Shown: positions 1 to 12,743 of the stretch, piece after piece
Layout: every line of letters starts with the position of its first letter
Numbering within the stretch: the stretch's first letter is position 1
DNA from: Anolis carolinensis
Taxonomy: Eukaryota
Assembly: GCF_035594765.1 (NCBI RefSeq)
Contig: NC_085842.1
Span: 226,249,747 to 226,313,746, forward strand
Direction: 5' to 3'
Length of the DNA: 64,000 bases
Position numbers and translations under genes: made by a program
Notes under the pieces: generated by a model
The model's input: only the letters and a program-made list of their open reading frames with translations
What the model was told of the DNA's origin: nothing
Database searches by the model: none

Positions 1-902
1 TTGGACAGTAAAGCTGCATATAGGTTTCAATAAAATGTTAGGCTTTACTCTTACCAAAAAAATGGTTTTATAATGTAAATTCTGTGGAAATATGTTCCTT
101 CACACAGGAATACAGAACACGTCTATTAAACCCTTTAAAATATCTTCTCCTGAGACTTGAAACACTAGCACTCTAAAATATAGAGGCTAACTAGCCAACT
201 TAACAGTTCGAAAACATGAAGATGAGAGTAGATCAATAGGTACCGCTCCGGCGGGAAGATAACGGCGCTCCATGCAGTCATACCGGCCACATTGACCTAC
301 GGACAATTTTGGCTCTTCAAGTTAGAAGTGGAGATGAGCACCAACCCCCAGTGGACTTAATGTCAGGGGAAAACCTTTATACGGTAGTATTTAGTCCTTC
401 TTCCTTGAAGGCTTTTTAACTATATTCCTCAAAGAGGTATCACAGTAACTGTTCCCTTCCTTCCAATCCAAATCTCCATACCCTCTCCGCAAACACCAAA
501 CTCCTAACTTCAAAATGGCAGACTTCTAACTAACTGCACTCTCTTACATTCTCCCTGGCTCCGCCCATCTCTAGTTGCTAAGCAACTCCCTCCATTTTCA
601 TCAGCCAGTCAGACTGCACTTCCAGTTATGGAGCTGCCTGATCGCTCCTCCCCCTTGCTTTACTAAGCTTTTACAGGCAAGGCCTGAAATTACCTACACA
701 CCAGCCCTGTAAGGTAGGAAATCCGTTACACATTCCCTTTAGTGAGAACTGTATACAGCCTCCAAAGCACAACTGATAAGGACCAGGCCCAGCACCCATC
801 TAGATTATGCTGCTAAGGTTCCATCATCATATTTCTAAAGAAAAATCACAGTAGAACTCTAAAAAAAAAGAGCTTCATCATAGTCATGATTATATCTTAA
901 AG

Positions 903-1037
903 CAGTGGTTCTCAACCTGTGGGTCCCCAGATGTTTTGGCCTTCAACTCCCAGAAACACTAACAGCCGGTAAACTGGCTGAGATTTCTGGGAGTTGTAGG
1001 CCAAAACACCTGGGGACCCACAAGTTGAGAACCACTG
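903..1037. mobile_element. hAT-type MITE with 8-bp TSD TCTTAAAG
   Basis: TIR CAGTGGTTCTCAAC; TSD at 895-902 and 1038-1045. Related copies at about 3703-3837, 25240-25343, 30310-30444, 32262-32396, 38223-38355 and 63300-63378. Confidence 0.9.
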
Positions 1038-1246
1038 TCTTAAAGGAAAGTCAAAGGGGAGCCCTTGGGAGTCTCCCCGCTCAAAAAAGGGCTGGCACAC
1101 GTAGGAGAAGGAGTAGTGTGGAAAGAAATTCTTCTAATATTTGATAGCTTGAGTATACTCAGGAACTGAAGTTTTGTCTCTTTTGTAGAAAGTCTATACT
1201 TTTGTGCATTCTCTTATTTCATCATCATCATCATAATTATTATTAA

Positions 1247-2227
1247 ATAGCTGTGCCCTGCCACGCGTTGCTGTGCACTGAAAGGCCTCGCTGCTTCATA
1301 GCCTGGCCACTTTCTGTATAGGGGCATCCTTCCTTCTGCAGATTGAATGGGACGGAATAGCCTCGTGGCTTCAAAACCTGAGGGAAATCTTGGTTGGCCA
1401 GGTTGAACACCACTGAATAGCCTTGCTGCTTGCAAGCCTGGCCGCTTTCTACCTTGTGGGATTCTTGTTTGGCCAGGTCGAATAGCAATGAATAGTCTCA
1501 GTGCAGCAAGTATGAATGCTGCAATTAGTTACCTTGATTAGCATTTAATGGCCTTGCAGCTTCAAAGCCTGGCTGCTTCCTGCCTGAGGGAATCCTTTGT
1601 TGGGAGGTGTGAGTGGCCCTGATTGTTTTCTGTCTGGAATTCCCCTGTCTTCTGAGTGTTGTTCTTTATTTACTGCCCTAATTTTAGAGATTATATTGTG
1701 CTGTATTATTATACCACAGTAATTATTACATATTATATTTATAATCTTATATTATCTGCTTAGAACTGGATTATATGAGGCCCTTCCTACTCAACTGTAT
1801 AAAATCCACACTGAACTGGATTATATTGCAGTGAGGACTCAAGATAACCCAGTTCAAAGCAGATGATCCTGCCTTGGCATTCAGGGTTATATAGGTGTGT
1901 GGTAGGGCCTTGAGTCTACACTGCCATATAATCCAGTTCAAATAAAATAATCTGTATTTTATAGGCAGTGTGGAAGAGGCCTGATTGAAGAGGCCCTGGG
2001 CGCCATTAAATGGCCAAGTAGGTTGCTAGGAGACATAGTGGGCGCAGCAATGGGAAAAAACAGTTCTTCCTCTTCCTCTAATTAGGACTTTATTTTTCTT
2101 TTCTTTTTTATTGAAAGACATATTTTGGATGACTATGTCTTTTGTGGCCAAATTTGGTGTTATTTGGTTCAGTAGCTTTGTTGTTTATTCCAAAATAAAA
2201 TTAACATAACATTTATATATATATAGA
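1247..2227 (-). mobile_element. Non-autonomous Helitron-like element carrying Penelope- and MITE-derived pieces
   Basis: Minus-strand 5' A|TCTATATA at 2227; 3' subterminal GC-rich segment (GCAACGCGTGGCAGGGCACAG) and degenerate CTAG at 1247. Confidence 0.6.
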
Positions 2228-2232
2228 TATAC

Positions 2233-2563
2233 GGAGCCCCCGGTGGCGCAGAAGATTAAACTGCTGAGCTGCTGAACTTGCTGACCGAAAGGTCGGCGGC
2301 TTGAATCCAGAGAGCAGAGTGAGGTTCCGTCGTTAGCCCCAGCTTCTGCCAACCTAGCAGTTCAAAAACATGCAAATGTGAGTAGATCAATAGGTACCGC
2401 TCTGGTGGGAAGGCAACAGTGCTCCATGCAGTCATGCTGGCCACATGACCTTGGAGGCATCTACGGAAAACGCCGGCTCTTCAGCTTAGGAATAGAGATG
2501 AGCACCAACCCGCAGTCAGACACGACTAGACTTAATGTCAGGGGAAAACCTTTATCTTACCTA
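2233..2563 (+). mobile_element. Sauria SINE
   Basis: GGAGCCCCCGGTGGCGCAG tRNA-like head and ...TCAGGGGAAAACCTTTA tail. Other copies at about 188-380(+), 2985-3250(-), 23670-23810(-), 25996-26325(-) and 53521-53836(+). Confidence 0.85.
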
Positions 2564-2576
2564 TAATATATACATA

Positions 2577-2738
2577 TCAATAATATTTTAAATAATCTCT
2601 TCTTTTATCAAAGTATTTAGCCCATTGGTGTGGGCATGCTTTTACAAAAGAGCACCTAAGCATCTCACACTTAAATGCACCCTCCATACTTTCATCTAAG
2701 CACGTCCAGTATTCAACCCGGGCTTCCCAGCACACCTT
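2577..2738 (-). pseudogene. COA6-like processed retrocopy fragment (within ORF 2577-2825)
   Basis: KVCWEARVEYWTCLDESMEGAFKCEMLRCSFVKACPHQWAKYFDKRRDYLK matches COA6 (CX9C-CX10C, W.KYFDKRRDYLK); intronless; native N- and C-termini missing. Confidence 0.85.
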
Positions 2739-4713
2739 CAATTTGTCTATAAATAAAACATTTTGGTTTGCCAAGTACGGTCTCCAATCTGTTCTTTGTG
2801 CTGCGGTGCCTTCCAGTTCATTCATTTAAGCACGAGATAGAATAGAAACATTTGTACTGGAAAATAAAATAACATTTAACACCCAAGAGAAATTTAAGTG
2901 TGTTGCAAGTGATGACTAGGAGTAATACTGAGAAATACTGATTGTAAATTAGATGGGATGCTAAAGAAAATCCAAAGTATCAAGGGTAAAAGGTTTTCCC
3001 TTGACATTAAGTCTAGTCGTATCCAACTCTGGGGGTTGGTGCTCATCTTCATTTCTAAGTCAAAGAGCTGGCATTGTCCATGGACACCTCCTAGGTCATG
3101 TGGCCAGCACAACTGTATGGAGCACTGTTACCTTACTGCTAGAGCGATACCTATTGATCTACTCACATTTGCATGTTTTCGAACTGCGAGGTTGGCAGAA
3201 GCTGGGGCTAACTGTGGGAGCTCACTCCACTCTCTGGATTCAAACTGCCGAGGCTCGATATCAAGGGTAGTGTTCAACAGTGGAATATGCTGCCTCAGTG
3301 TGTGATGGGAGTGTCCTTCTCTAGAAGTTTTTAAACAAAGGCTGGACGGCCATCTGTCAGGAATGCTTTCTTTATACATTCCTGCATGGCAGAAGGGTGT
3401 TGGGTTTGATGCTCCTTGTGGTCTCTTCCAGCTCAATAATTCTAACTCATGGAGATATGGATTAACCCTTACAGATGGATACATAAAAAAATATCAGACA
3501 ACTTCTACATTATTCTGCCATAGAAAATTTTCTCCCCGTTTAAAAAAAAAGCTAATCTTTTACATTCTGATTTAATGATCAATCAATCTCCTTTAAGCGC
3601 ACTGGAGGCAAAAGAACCAGTTTTCTGGTTCTCTCCAGGCTCTTCTCTTGGCTGGTTTCAGCCAAGACCTTTCATTTTCTATTTTAAATTGTTTCTCTAT
3701 CACAGTGGCTCTCAATTTTTGGGTCCCCAGATGTTTTGGCCTTCAACTCCCAGAAATCCTAACAGCTGGCAAAATGGCTGGGATTTCTGAGAGTTGTAGG
3801 CCAAAACACCTGGAGACCCACAGGTTGAGAACTACTGCTTTATCACCTCCAAGTCTGCCAGGGTTTCTGTGGCAAGGTACCATGGAATAAAAACAATGCA
3901 CAAAAAATGCTTAAATAAATCCTATCACAACTTCAGTCATAAAACAAATTGCCATTAAGTGGGAGGGAAGCAGCTAGCAAGACACACCAACATCATGTTA
4001 TGTAATATCTATGTAATAATTATTGATTTTATGTACACGGTAAGCCTGAGGGCAAATCAAAAATTTTGTAAGCTGCTCTGAGTGCCTTTTGTAGTCAAGG
4101 AGCAGGGTAAACGTTTTCTAAATAATAACAAATAAGGATTGGTTTTTATACATTATCAACTCAATTTCCTTTCATTTTTGTAAATATCGGGGCAATGTGC
4201 AAGTATAATTGAAGCAAACAAAACCACACTGCCATCATTAAAACAAAGGAAAGCAATTATTTAAACATGATCAGCATGCTCAAATGTCATAAGGAAGAGG
4301 GAGCAGGTTTGTTTTCTGCTGCCTTGGACACTAGGACTCAGAGCAAAGGGTTCAAATTACAGAAGATTCCACTTGAATCTTAGGAAGGACTTCCTGACTG
4401 TAAGAGCTATTCAGCAGTGGAACTCTCTGCCTCGAAGTGTGGTGGAAGCTCCTTCCTTGGAAACGTTTAAAAAGAGGCTAGATGGCCATCTGTCATGCAG
4501 GAAAAGCATTTGATAGTGCTTTTTCCTGCATGGCAGGGGGTTGGACTTGATGGTTCATGTGGTTTCTTCCAGCTCTATGATTCCATGATCTTCAGATCCT
4601 ACACTCCAAATACTAGCCAGTCATATGATCATTTTCCCTGGGAATGTTCACTGTCCATTTGCCTTTCAAAACCTGGAGAAGAAACAGTCTTGTGCAAGAA
4701 AAATAAATTAATC

Positions 4714-4719
4714 TTTATT
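4714..4719 (-). other. TOPORS: Probable TOPORS polyadenylation signal (AATAAA)
   Basis: TTTATT on the plus strand about 0.7 kb past the stop, after an AT-rich, repeat-free 3'UTR-like stretch. Confidence 0.55.
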
Positions 4720-5430
4720 TGAGAGTACAGTTCAAAGAATTTTCACAAAGTCTTCATTGTAAAACTTTTGTGAAGTATGTACATAAATAACAGCCTACAT
4801 CAACCTTACATATATGCTTAAGAGACACAGCAGAGAAGAGGGAGAAGCAGCAAGCGTGTTTCTTTGAGAAGAAAGAAAAAGCAGAAAGGCAGATCGGCCT
4901 CTTAAAAAGAGAGAAAAATCCCTGATAGAAAAGAAATGGCCAAGGCTTAATACAAAGCAGTGAACTATACAGATGAAGCCTATAGCAAAAGTTTTTTTTT
5001 CCAATTTTCATTTTTTATAAAAGCAATAAAAGTTTTCTAAGTTCATGTTTTTAAAAAAGTTTCCTTAACACTGAACTTTACAAATTAAGCCCAAAACAAA
5101 AGCAAAATTGTTCCCCCCCCAAAATTCACATTAAAAAAATCTTATTTTCTAAGTTTTAAAAAAGAGAGATATGGCAAGTCTATATTACATAGGGGAAAAT
5201 ACAGAATATTTTTGTGGCACAAGAAACATCTAACATACAGTCTTCAAAAGATGGGAGGGTGGCAATAATGAGGAATATTGCACCCTTTTGATTGAAGTAC
5301 AAAAATTCAAGATGACACACTTCACACAGAAGTAATTTCATCATTCTTAGCACACAAACAAGGTTTGGTGCTTTCCAGAAAAGCCTATTTTTAAAAAAGA
5401 GTCATATCATAAAACATTTTGTTTACAAGG

Positions 5431-8376
5431 CTATAGATTTTGTTTTGACGTGTCCAACTGACACGAATGTTCCTGAAGATGTTTCGAGAGGCGTAAGAGC
5501 AAGGACGCTTTGTGGGGTGGCGAGTGATGGAAAGATTCAGTTTCTCCATTGCTCAGCTCAAATGAAGCCTTGTTATTGTCTGCCTCAGAAGGTGCATGCC
5601 TGCCATCTGGATCTTGCAACTCTTCAACTCCATTTAGAGGCTCAATGCCACTTAGAGTTTCATCTCCTACATCGTCCCTTCTGGGAGTCACACTGTGTTC
5701 CTTCTCCACATTTTCAGCTTCATCAGCTTTGACGTCTTTGCCATCTCTGGCTTCCAAGAGTAGTGATGGGGACTCTGTCTCCCTTTCATTTGGAGGAAAT
5801 GGGCCCAAAGGACTCCAGGAGATGATACTGTCACATTCAGTATTATCCTGGATTTCACTAGCTTTATCACTGTCACTGTCAATAGTAATCACAACAGGCG
5901 AAGAAACAGGAGAGTAGCCCACCTGGTTTGCGTGCGGCTTCCTGTCCCATTTTCTTTTCTTCTTCTGACGCCTTGTCATGTCTGTGGCTGTCCCTTCATA
6001 AACAATCTCCACACTTGGGCTTCTTGACGTCTTTTTTGTCTTCTTTTGTGGGATGTCAGCTTCTGACTGACTGTTCAAGAGGTCAGCTGTCCTTTTGTAA
6101 GGATCCTGATGCTTTGGCACAAGATTTTCGAACACAAGTTCTTTTTTAGAAGGAGCAGCTTCCTCACTTCCTCTAGGCATACTCTCGAGGTGACGGGTCT
6201 TGTATTTCCTTTTGCCACTGGGTTTCTCTGATCGTGTTCTGTCTGATCCTCGAGAAGGAGTGTGAGACCGACTGCTGGACTGACTTCTTGATCTATCCCT
6301 TCCATAGTAGTAACTTGTGCTGCGACCTCTTGACATCTGATTATTGGTTCGCTCGTAAAAAGAGCGGACTCCATAGTCTGGGCTAGGAGAATGCCTGAAG
6401 TACTGATTCCGTCTGCTATGAGATAATTCATAATAATCTCGGGAGGCATTCCTCTCATATTTGCTGTGGTATTGGCCTCTGAAGTAATCATCACTATCTT
6501 GCCTTCTTGAACTTTTTCTGCATTCATTGCTACGAGATCTTGATCGACTCAGTTCTCGAGAGTAAATGCTTTCATCGCTCAGAGACAGAACTTTGCTTTT
6601 GCGAGAGAGGCTTTTGTCTCGGGTTTTGGACTTCTTTTTATCCTTTTTGTGCTTGCGTCTGCTGCTATCCCTCTTCTTCTTCCGTTTTTCCAGACTACGA
6701 TCCTTGTTCTTACTTTTGAAACTACGGTGCTCTCGGTCCAATTGCGGTGCGTAGGCTTCGGATTTCCTCCTTTTGGTAAAAGCGTAGCAGTCATCATAAT
6801 CATCCTCTCTCTCTCTAGGTGAATTTTGTAAACAAGTACTTCCACTGGCTTTATTTTTGTCATTTTCACTCCTTTTGGAATTTTGTTTTTTATTCGAGGA
6901 GGACACCTTCGCCTTATGACTGGCACTACCATCTCTGGACCCGAGAGAGAAGGGAGATGCATACCCACTGGCATCTGTATCACTAAAGCTCTGATACTGG
7001 ATGGGTTTCACTTTTTTCTGAACTTCTTCACATTTTCCTCCATCAACAACAGATTCCTCAGAGTCTGAAGACAGCTCCACAAGCTCAGGAGTTCTTTCAG
7101 CCAGCGGCTTCACATAGCCAACAATAACACAGTTTTCAAGGGAATCACAACTATCCTCGTTCCTCTCCACAGAAGGTGGTAACTGTGCTGGCAATACTGG
7201 TGCGTTGGTGGAGGGGTCTTCATCAGATGTTTCTGAAGTATCCAAAGTGGTGGACACAGTGGCACAAACCTGGTCAGAGCTTGAGTAAGATGGACCAGGG
7301 GTCTCATCATCCCAAGGCGCCTGGTCAGTACCGACAATAAAGGAATTCCGTTCAGCTTCCTGGGAATCGGTCTCATCTGGAGAGATGGTAATGACAGAGG
7401 ATTCTGATCGGCTTCCTTCCTCGTAAGATGGTGCAGGACAGTCATAATTAGCATGTTCGTCAAATGCGTCTATATTATAAGGGCACCTGGCAAAGTTAAT
7501 AAATTCATGCAAAAAGTGCTCTGTCCGATGAAGTAAAAAGGACTTTATCTGATCAGTGAATGCTGTGCTTTCTAGGTTGTACCGAGTGATGTTGCTCATT
7601 ATGATGTGCTGCACAACGGTGACAAGCGATCCATTAGCGCCAAACAAGACGGTAAGCTCGCGCTTCAGCCACGGAACTAGTCTATGAAGGCAGGCAGGAT
7701 TCCTGCGGAAAAATTCAGCGGATATGTCTCGGTAGCGCCCTCCATCTTCGATGCTTCGGACACGGGTGCCAGAGCGATACAGAGCTCTACGGAAGTTGAT
7801 GATTTCTTGCTCCTGAATTTGACGCATGGATCGGCCTTCCAAGTTCGCCTGTCGCCTGGAACGAAGTCTCCTGATTGTCTCAGTTATCTCTGTGTCTCTC
7901 TGTCCCGTTGACTGGCTTAACGGGCCTTCAAATAGGATTCCATTATCTGGAGGCGAGGCAGTTCGTCTAGTGTTGGGATTCCTCCGAGGGTAAGCCGAAG
8001 TGCGACGCTCCCTTGTTACAGTAGTTCGGTAACGGAATCTCCTCCCATCGGGGTTGCCAAAGGTATCTGTTTCTGCAGGCTTGACTGTATATACCTTATA
8101 GTCATTTTGTGATTTCATACTATGCACAACTGAGTGAAACGGTTGCTTGCATAAAGGGCATTCTGCTTTGTTCTTAGACCATTCCTGTATGCATCTGAAG
8201 CAGAATTTGTGCCAACACTGATCAAGGTAGGATATATTTTCAAATCTATCTAGGCATATAGGGCATTTAGAGTCTGGTGATGCATCTGATGATGACATTG
8301 TCTGGTGCAATTTCTTTGTGCCAGATTTAGACGAAAAGCTACCAGCCATCGAGTGGTTGGTCAGCGGTGTCAAATT
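5431..8376 (-). CDS. TOPORS: TOPORS E3 ubiquitin/SUMO ligase, large terminal coding exon (981 aa + stop)
   Basis: 980-aa ORF with RING finger (DASPDSKCPICLDRF...CWHKFCFRCIQEWSKNKAECPLCKQPF), HRLVPWLKRELTVLFG block, RS-rich region and SIM-like motifs (VELSSDSEE, VVITIDSDSD). Acceptor ttttcag|AAT at 8377-8378, phase 0. Confidence 0.98.
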   Translation of the reverse strand, partial: NLTPLTNHSMAGSFSSKSGTKKLHQTMSSSDASPDSKCPICLDRFENISYLDQCWHKFCFRCIQEWSKNKAECPLCKQPFHSVVHSMKSQNDYKVYTVKPAETDTFGNPDGRRFRYRTTVTRERRTSAYPRRNPNTRRTASPPDNGILFEGPLSQSTGQRDTEITETIRRLRSRRQANLEGRSMRQIQEQEIINFRRALYRSGTRVRSIEDGGRYRDISAEFFRRNPACLHRLVPWLKRELTVLFGANGSLVTVVQHIIMSNITRYNLESTAFTDQIKSFLLHRTEHFLHEFINFARCPYNIDAFDEHANYDCPAPSYEEGSRSESSVITISPDETDSQEAERNSFIVGTDQAPWDDETPGPSYSSSDQVCATVSTTLDTSETSDEDPSTNAPVLPAQLPPSVERNEDSCDSLENCVIVGYVKPLAERTPELVELSSDSEESVVDGGKCEEVQKKVKPIQYQSFSDTDASGYASPFSLGSRDGSASHKAKVSSSNKKQNSKRSENDKNKASGSTCLQNSPREREDDYDDCYAFTKRRKSEAYAPQLDREHRSFKSKNKDRSLEKRKKKRDSSRRKHKKDKKKSKTRDKSLSRKSKVLSLSDESIYSRELSRSRSRSNECRKSSRRQDSDDYFRGQYHSKYERNASRDYYELSHSRRNQYFRHSPSPDYGVRSFYERTNNQMSRGRSTSYYYGRDRSRSQSSSRSHTPSRGSDRTRSEKPSGKRKYKTRHLESMPRGSEEAAPSKKELVFENLVPKHQDPYKRTADLLNSQSEADIPQKKTKKTSRSPSVEIVYEGTATDMTRRQKKKRKWDRKPHANQVGYSPVSSPVVITIDSDSDKASEIQDNTECDSIISWSPLGPFPPNERETESPSLLLEARDGKDVKADEAENVEKEHSVTPRRDDVGDETLSGIEPLNGVEELQDPDGRHAPSEADNNKASFELSNGETESFHHSPPHKASLLLRLSKHLQEHSCQLDTSKQNL

Positions 8377-9039
8377 CTGAAAATGAAAACAGAGAGAAAA
8401 GTCATCATAATGTGTTTAACTCAATTTATGCCAATTAAAACTAGCGCTAAATTTGTTTTCAGTTGAAGTTAAACATGAGATTATTCAAATACCAACCAAT
8501 ATAATATTTTAGCAAAGTGAACAACTTTAGCATTGCTGGACTGTTTATCACATGAATCATAACTTGAGTTAACAGTGCAACAACATCTGAGGTGGCCAGA
8601 AAATATCCATTCCTATTCTATAACCTCAAGTAATGCATTTCTTGTTGCAATGGCCTCCTACCATTATGTTAATTTACATAATAACTAACAATATACTGTC
8701 AAGAAAGACGGATAAAGCAAAATCAAGGCCAAGACTTTTAACATGGCATATGTACAGCCAATCCTTCACATTGGCTGAGGTAAGGGCACAGAAAAATGCA
8801 AAAAATGCTTCTTTTTTTTTAACCAGCAAGAACATCTTGCTGGTAAAGGAAGAAGTTCTTGCCAGAATTTCCAAGTCTTCCAGCACAGCTCTATGATGAA
8901 CATTTCCATAAAAGTCGCACTAGAAATTTCTATAGAAAATATTGACATCAAATCCAAAAATAATCAAATCCATAAAAGCCAAACCCGCAAATGTGCAGGG
9001 CTGACTGTATATGCCAGCATCATAATAATAGTAATAACA

Positions 9040-9090
<51 letters not shown>

Positions 9091-11310
9091 TATATTCTGC
9101 CCTATCTCCCCAAGGGGACTCAGGATGGTTTACAACAAATATCAGCAAACATTCAGTGCTGTAAAGAAACAATGATGGAACAAAGACACGATGGAGCTGT
9201 GTCATTCCTGGCTGCCCCCTCTTCACTCTGAGGCTTCAAAGCGGTGGTTATGGTGGACCTCAGTTGTTCAAACTGGCTATGCAATGGACCATGAAGCTTG
9301 AGTTTATCTGTCTTGTGGTCTCTTTGAGCCACCTGACAGATAGTCTGAGGTTCAAAAAGCCTTCTCAATTGCATTAGATCCGAATGTTATAGGGAAGGTG
9401 GTTAGGTAAACAGCAAGGAAAGAGCTCCTGAGCCTCAGCATGAAGAAAGCTAAGTTTCTGGAACTGTCAAATCAACAATCTGTAAACCACACAAAGAGCC
9501 TTTGAGGCTGAAGAGTTGGGTATAGATATACTAGGTCCTTGTATCCATTAGGGGTTGGTTCCCCCCATGAATATCAAAATCTGTGGATGCTGACGTCCCC
9601 TTATGCACAATGGCACAATAAAAGACACAATAAAAGGCAAAATCAAGGTTTGCTCTTTGGATCTTTTTCAAATCAAAGACGGCTAAATTCCTAGATGCAG
9701 AACCCATGGATATGTAGGTCTGACTGTGCAAACACTGTGAATAATGAAATAAAATGAAAATATGCCTTGCAACTTTGCTGTACTTGGTTTCCGAAGGGAA
9801 TATGAGGTTGTGTGCCACAGGTATAGTCCCCAGTGACAAGCCGCTCACACATCTGAGCCCATTAAACTGCTCTTTGGGTGTATTGTTTTGTGGGCATTAA
9901 GATGAGTACAGTTGTGTTTCCAGCTGAAAAACATCCCCAAGCCTGTGGCGTTAAAGAGCAGACAGAAGCCACCCAACCCTTGTGATTGTTGGTCACAATT
10001 AATCTACGTCAGTGTTTCCCAAACTCTACTCGTCCAGGTATTTTGGAATGTGTCCTCCAGAATCCCTGAACACTGGCCACGGCAGCTGAGGCTTCTATCC
10101 TCACAGTTATTTTTTGGGGGGGTGGGGGTGGGTGGGTGGGTGTTGGGAATCAATTATCTAAATGGATATGGATCGGATCCAGCAAGGCTTCCCCTCCCAA
10201 CAGTGTCTCTAAGCCTATACAAAATACATGCCCTTTGGTGTGCCTCCAAAGCACAACTGCAAAGGACCAGACTCAGCGCCTATCTCGATTATGCTAACGT
10301 TCCATCATCATCGTCATCATTTCTAAAGGAAAAATTAAAGCAGAGTCCCCTGAAAGATCTGTTGTTGTCATCATATCTTAAAGGAAAGTTAAAGGAAAGC
10401 CCTAGAGAGTCTCCCCCCTTTAAAAAAGAGCTGGTACACGAAGGAGTAGTGTGGAAAGAAAATGCCCACAAATCTTGTGCTGCAAGAATTAGCCTTCTCC
10501 GATTCTTCTAATGTTTGATAGCTTGAATATACTCAGAAATTGAAGTTTTTTCTCTTTTGTAGGAAGCTTATACATTTTGTGAATTCCCTTTTTTCATCAT
10601 CATCATCATTATTATATATCAATATCATGATAATGATGAACGTGTGTATACCTTAAAGGAAAGTCAAAGAGAAGCCATAGAGATCTCCCCCCCTCAAAAA
10701 AGGCTGGCACCCTTTGACCCCTCCAAAGAAAATGTTTAAGTGCCTTGGCTGAATGCCATGGCACCTGGGGTTTGGAGTTCGGAGAGGCCCCACCTCTCTT
10801 TGGCAGGGAAGGCTAAAGACGTCGTGAAACTAGAAATCCCATGCTTCCATGGCAATGAGAAGTGGTCTCAAACTGCACTGAAACCACAGTGTAAAGCTGG
10901 ATCTACACTGCCATATAATCGGTTCAAGGCAGTGACTCAGCATTCTGAAACTGCATTACATGGCAGTGTCAATCCAGCCTAAAATAGACTTGCTTTTCCA
11001 GAAGGAATTGTGACAATACCTGCAAAGAGAGATGCCCACCAGCACACTACGCTCTTACAGTGCTATGATCCCACTATAACTGCCCAGGTAGCTTCCTAAG
11101 TTTCCCTCAGTGGACCTGAGGAACCCTTGAGGGAATAGTACTAGGAGAGTGTGCCTGATAAGAGTACTTAATCACATTCACACATGATTTGACTGCCAAG
11201 CCGACATGGTTCCCAAGACCACTTGGCCTTCCAGGGATTTGGCACTTCATCTCCCAGAAGCTCAAACGATCTGGGCCAGCTGCCGGGAATTCTGGGAGAT
11301 GAAGTCCAAA

Positions 11311-12743
11311 CAGTTGTCGAAGGCCTTCATGGCCAGAATCATTGGGTTGCTGTGAATTTTCCTAGCTGTATGGCCATGTTCCAGAAGCATTATCTCCTGA
11401 CGTTTCGTCCACATCTATGGCAAGCATTTTCAGAAGTTGTGAGGTCTGTTGCAAACTATGCAAGAGGGGTTTATATATCTGTGGAATGTCCAAGGTGGGA
11501 GGAAATTGGCCACCTTGATTAGCACTGAATGCCCTTGCAGCTTCAAAGCCTGGCTGCTTCCTGCCTGGGGGAATCCTTTGTTGGGAGGTGTTAGCTGGCC
11601 CTTGTTGATTTCTGTCTGGAATTTCCGTTTTCTGACAGTTGTTATTTATTTACTGTCCTGATTTTAAAGATTTTTAATACTACTGGTAGCCAGATTCTGT
11701 TCATTTTCATGGTTTACTCCTTTCTGTTTAAATTGTCCACATGCTTGTGGATTTCAATGGCTTCTCTCTGTAGTCTGATATGGTGGTTGTTAGAGTGGTC
11801 CAGCATTCCTGTGTTCTCAAATAATATGCTGTGTCCAGGTTGGTTCATCAAGTGCTCTGCTATCGTGTCAGCGAAGCTACTTGAGAGCATACTGCAAGTC
11901 GCTTCTGGTATGAGAGCACTGGCCATTTACAAAGACATTGCCCAGTGGACGCCTGGATGTATTACCACCGGGCTGGGATGGTATATGTCATGCGTGGACA
12001 TGAACGAAGCCTCCCACAAGGATGGTAAAGAACATCAAAAACATCTGGGCGTCCCCTGGGTAATGTCCTTGGCAGACAGCCAATTCTCTCACACTAGAAG
12101 CGACTTGCAGTTTCTCCAGTCACTCCTGACACATTTTTTTTAAAATCCTGCTGGAAGGTTTCCCTGATGTCCCCGCAAGCTAGAAATGACAGACGGGAGC
12201 TCACCTCGTCTCACGGATTCCAATCGGCATCCTTCAGGTCAGAAACCCAACCTTTAGGTCAGCAGTCCAGCGGCACAAGGGTTTAACCCATTGTGCTATT
12301 TTGCTATGGCTGACTTCTCAGGTTGAATTAGCCTGCAGTGCCTTTCATGTTCCTTGATTCATGATTCGAATCAAGGAACATGAAAGGCACTGAAGCCTAA
12401 TTCAGGGCAGTACATAAAGAACAACACTCAGAAGACTAGGAAATTCCAGACAAGAAAAAAAATCAGGGCTAGTTAAAACCTTTCAACAAAGGATTCCCCC
12501 AGGTAGGAAGCAGCCAGGCTTTGAAGCTGCAAGGCTACTCAATGCTAATCAAAGTGCCCAATTGCAACATTTACACTTGCCTCAAACAGACAAGAGTTCT
12601 TTCTCACACCCTGGACCTTCCACAGATATTTAAACCACTTGTCTACTTTCCAACAGAGCTCACAACCTCTGAGGATGCCTGCCATAGATGTGGGCGAAAC
12701 GTCTGGAGAGAATGCTTCTGGAACATGGCCATACACCCACCCA
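11311..12743. mobile_element. Penelope-like insertion (two inverted fragments plus nested SINE pieces)
   Basis: GIY-YIG-region remnant IAEHLMNQPGHSILFENT.MLDHSNNHHIRLQREAIEIHKH (minus strand, 11714-11860); plus-strand copy of the same 3' region at about 12410-12735; GAAGTCCAA at both 11301 and 12744. Confidence 0.8.
12666..12706 (+). ncRNA. Penelope-associated minimal hammerhead ribozyme motif
   Basis: CTGAGGA - stem II (GCCTGC/GTGGGC) - GAAAC GTC, with palindromic ACGT helix III; helix I imperfect. Confidence 0.5.

Noticed and set aside
1-700. Possible minus-strand LTR interrupted by a SINE
   Set aside because: Only one terminus (TG near 698) is visible and the other would lie outside the window; too little evidence.
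2233-2320. tRNA-like box A/B sequences
   Set aside because: These are SINE heads, not tRNA genes; no complete cloverleaf.
5445-7911. Many overlapping or antisense ORFs within TOPORS
   Set aside because: Shadow ORFs of the long coding exon.
9912-10511. 199-aa plus-strand ORF antisense to the TOPORS intron
   Set aside because: TTG start; built from a MITE fragment and the duplicated block; the frame is not kept in the copy at 758-1232.
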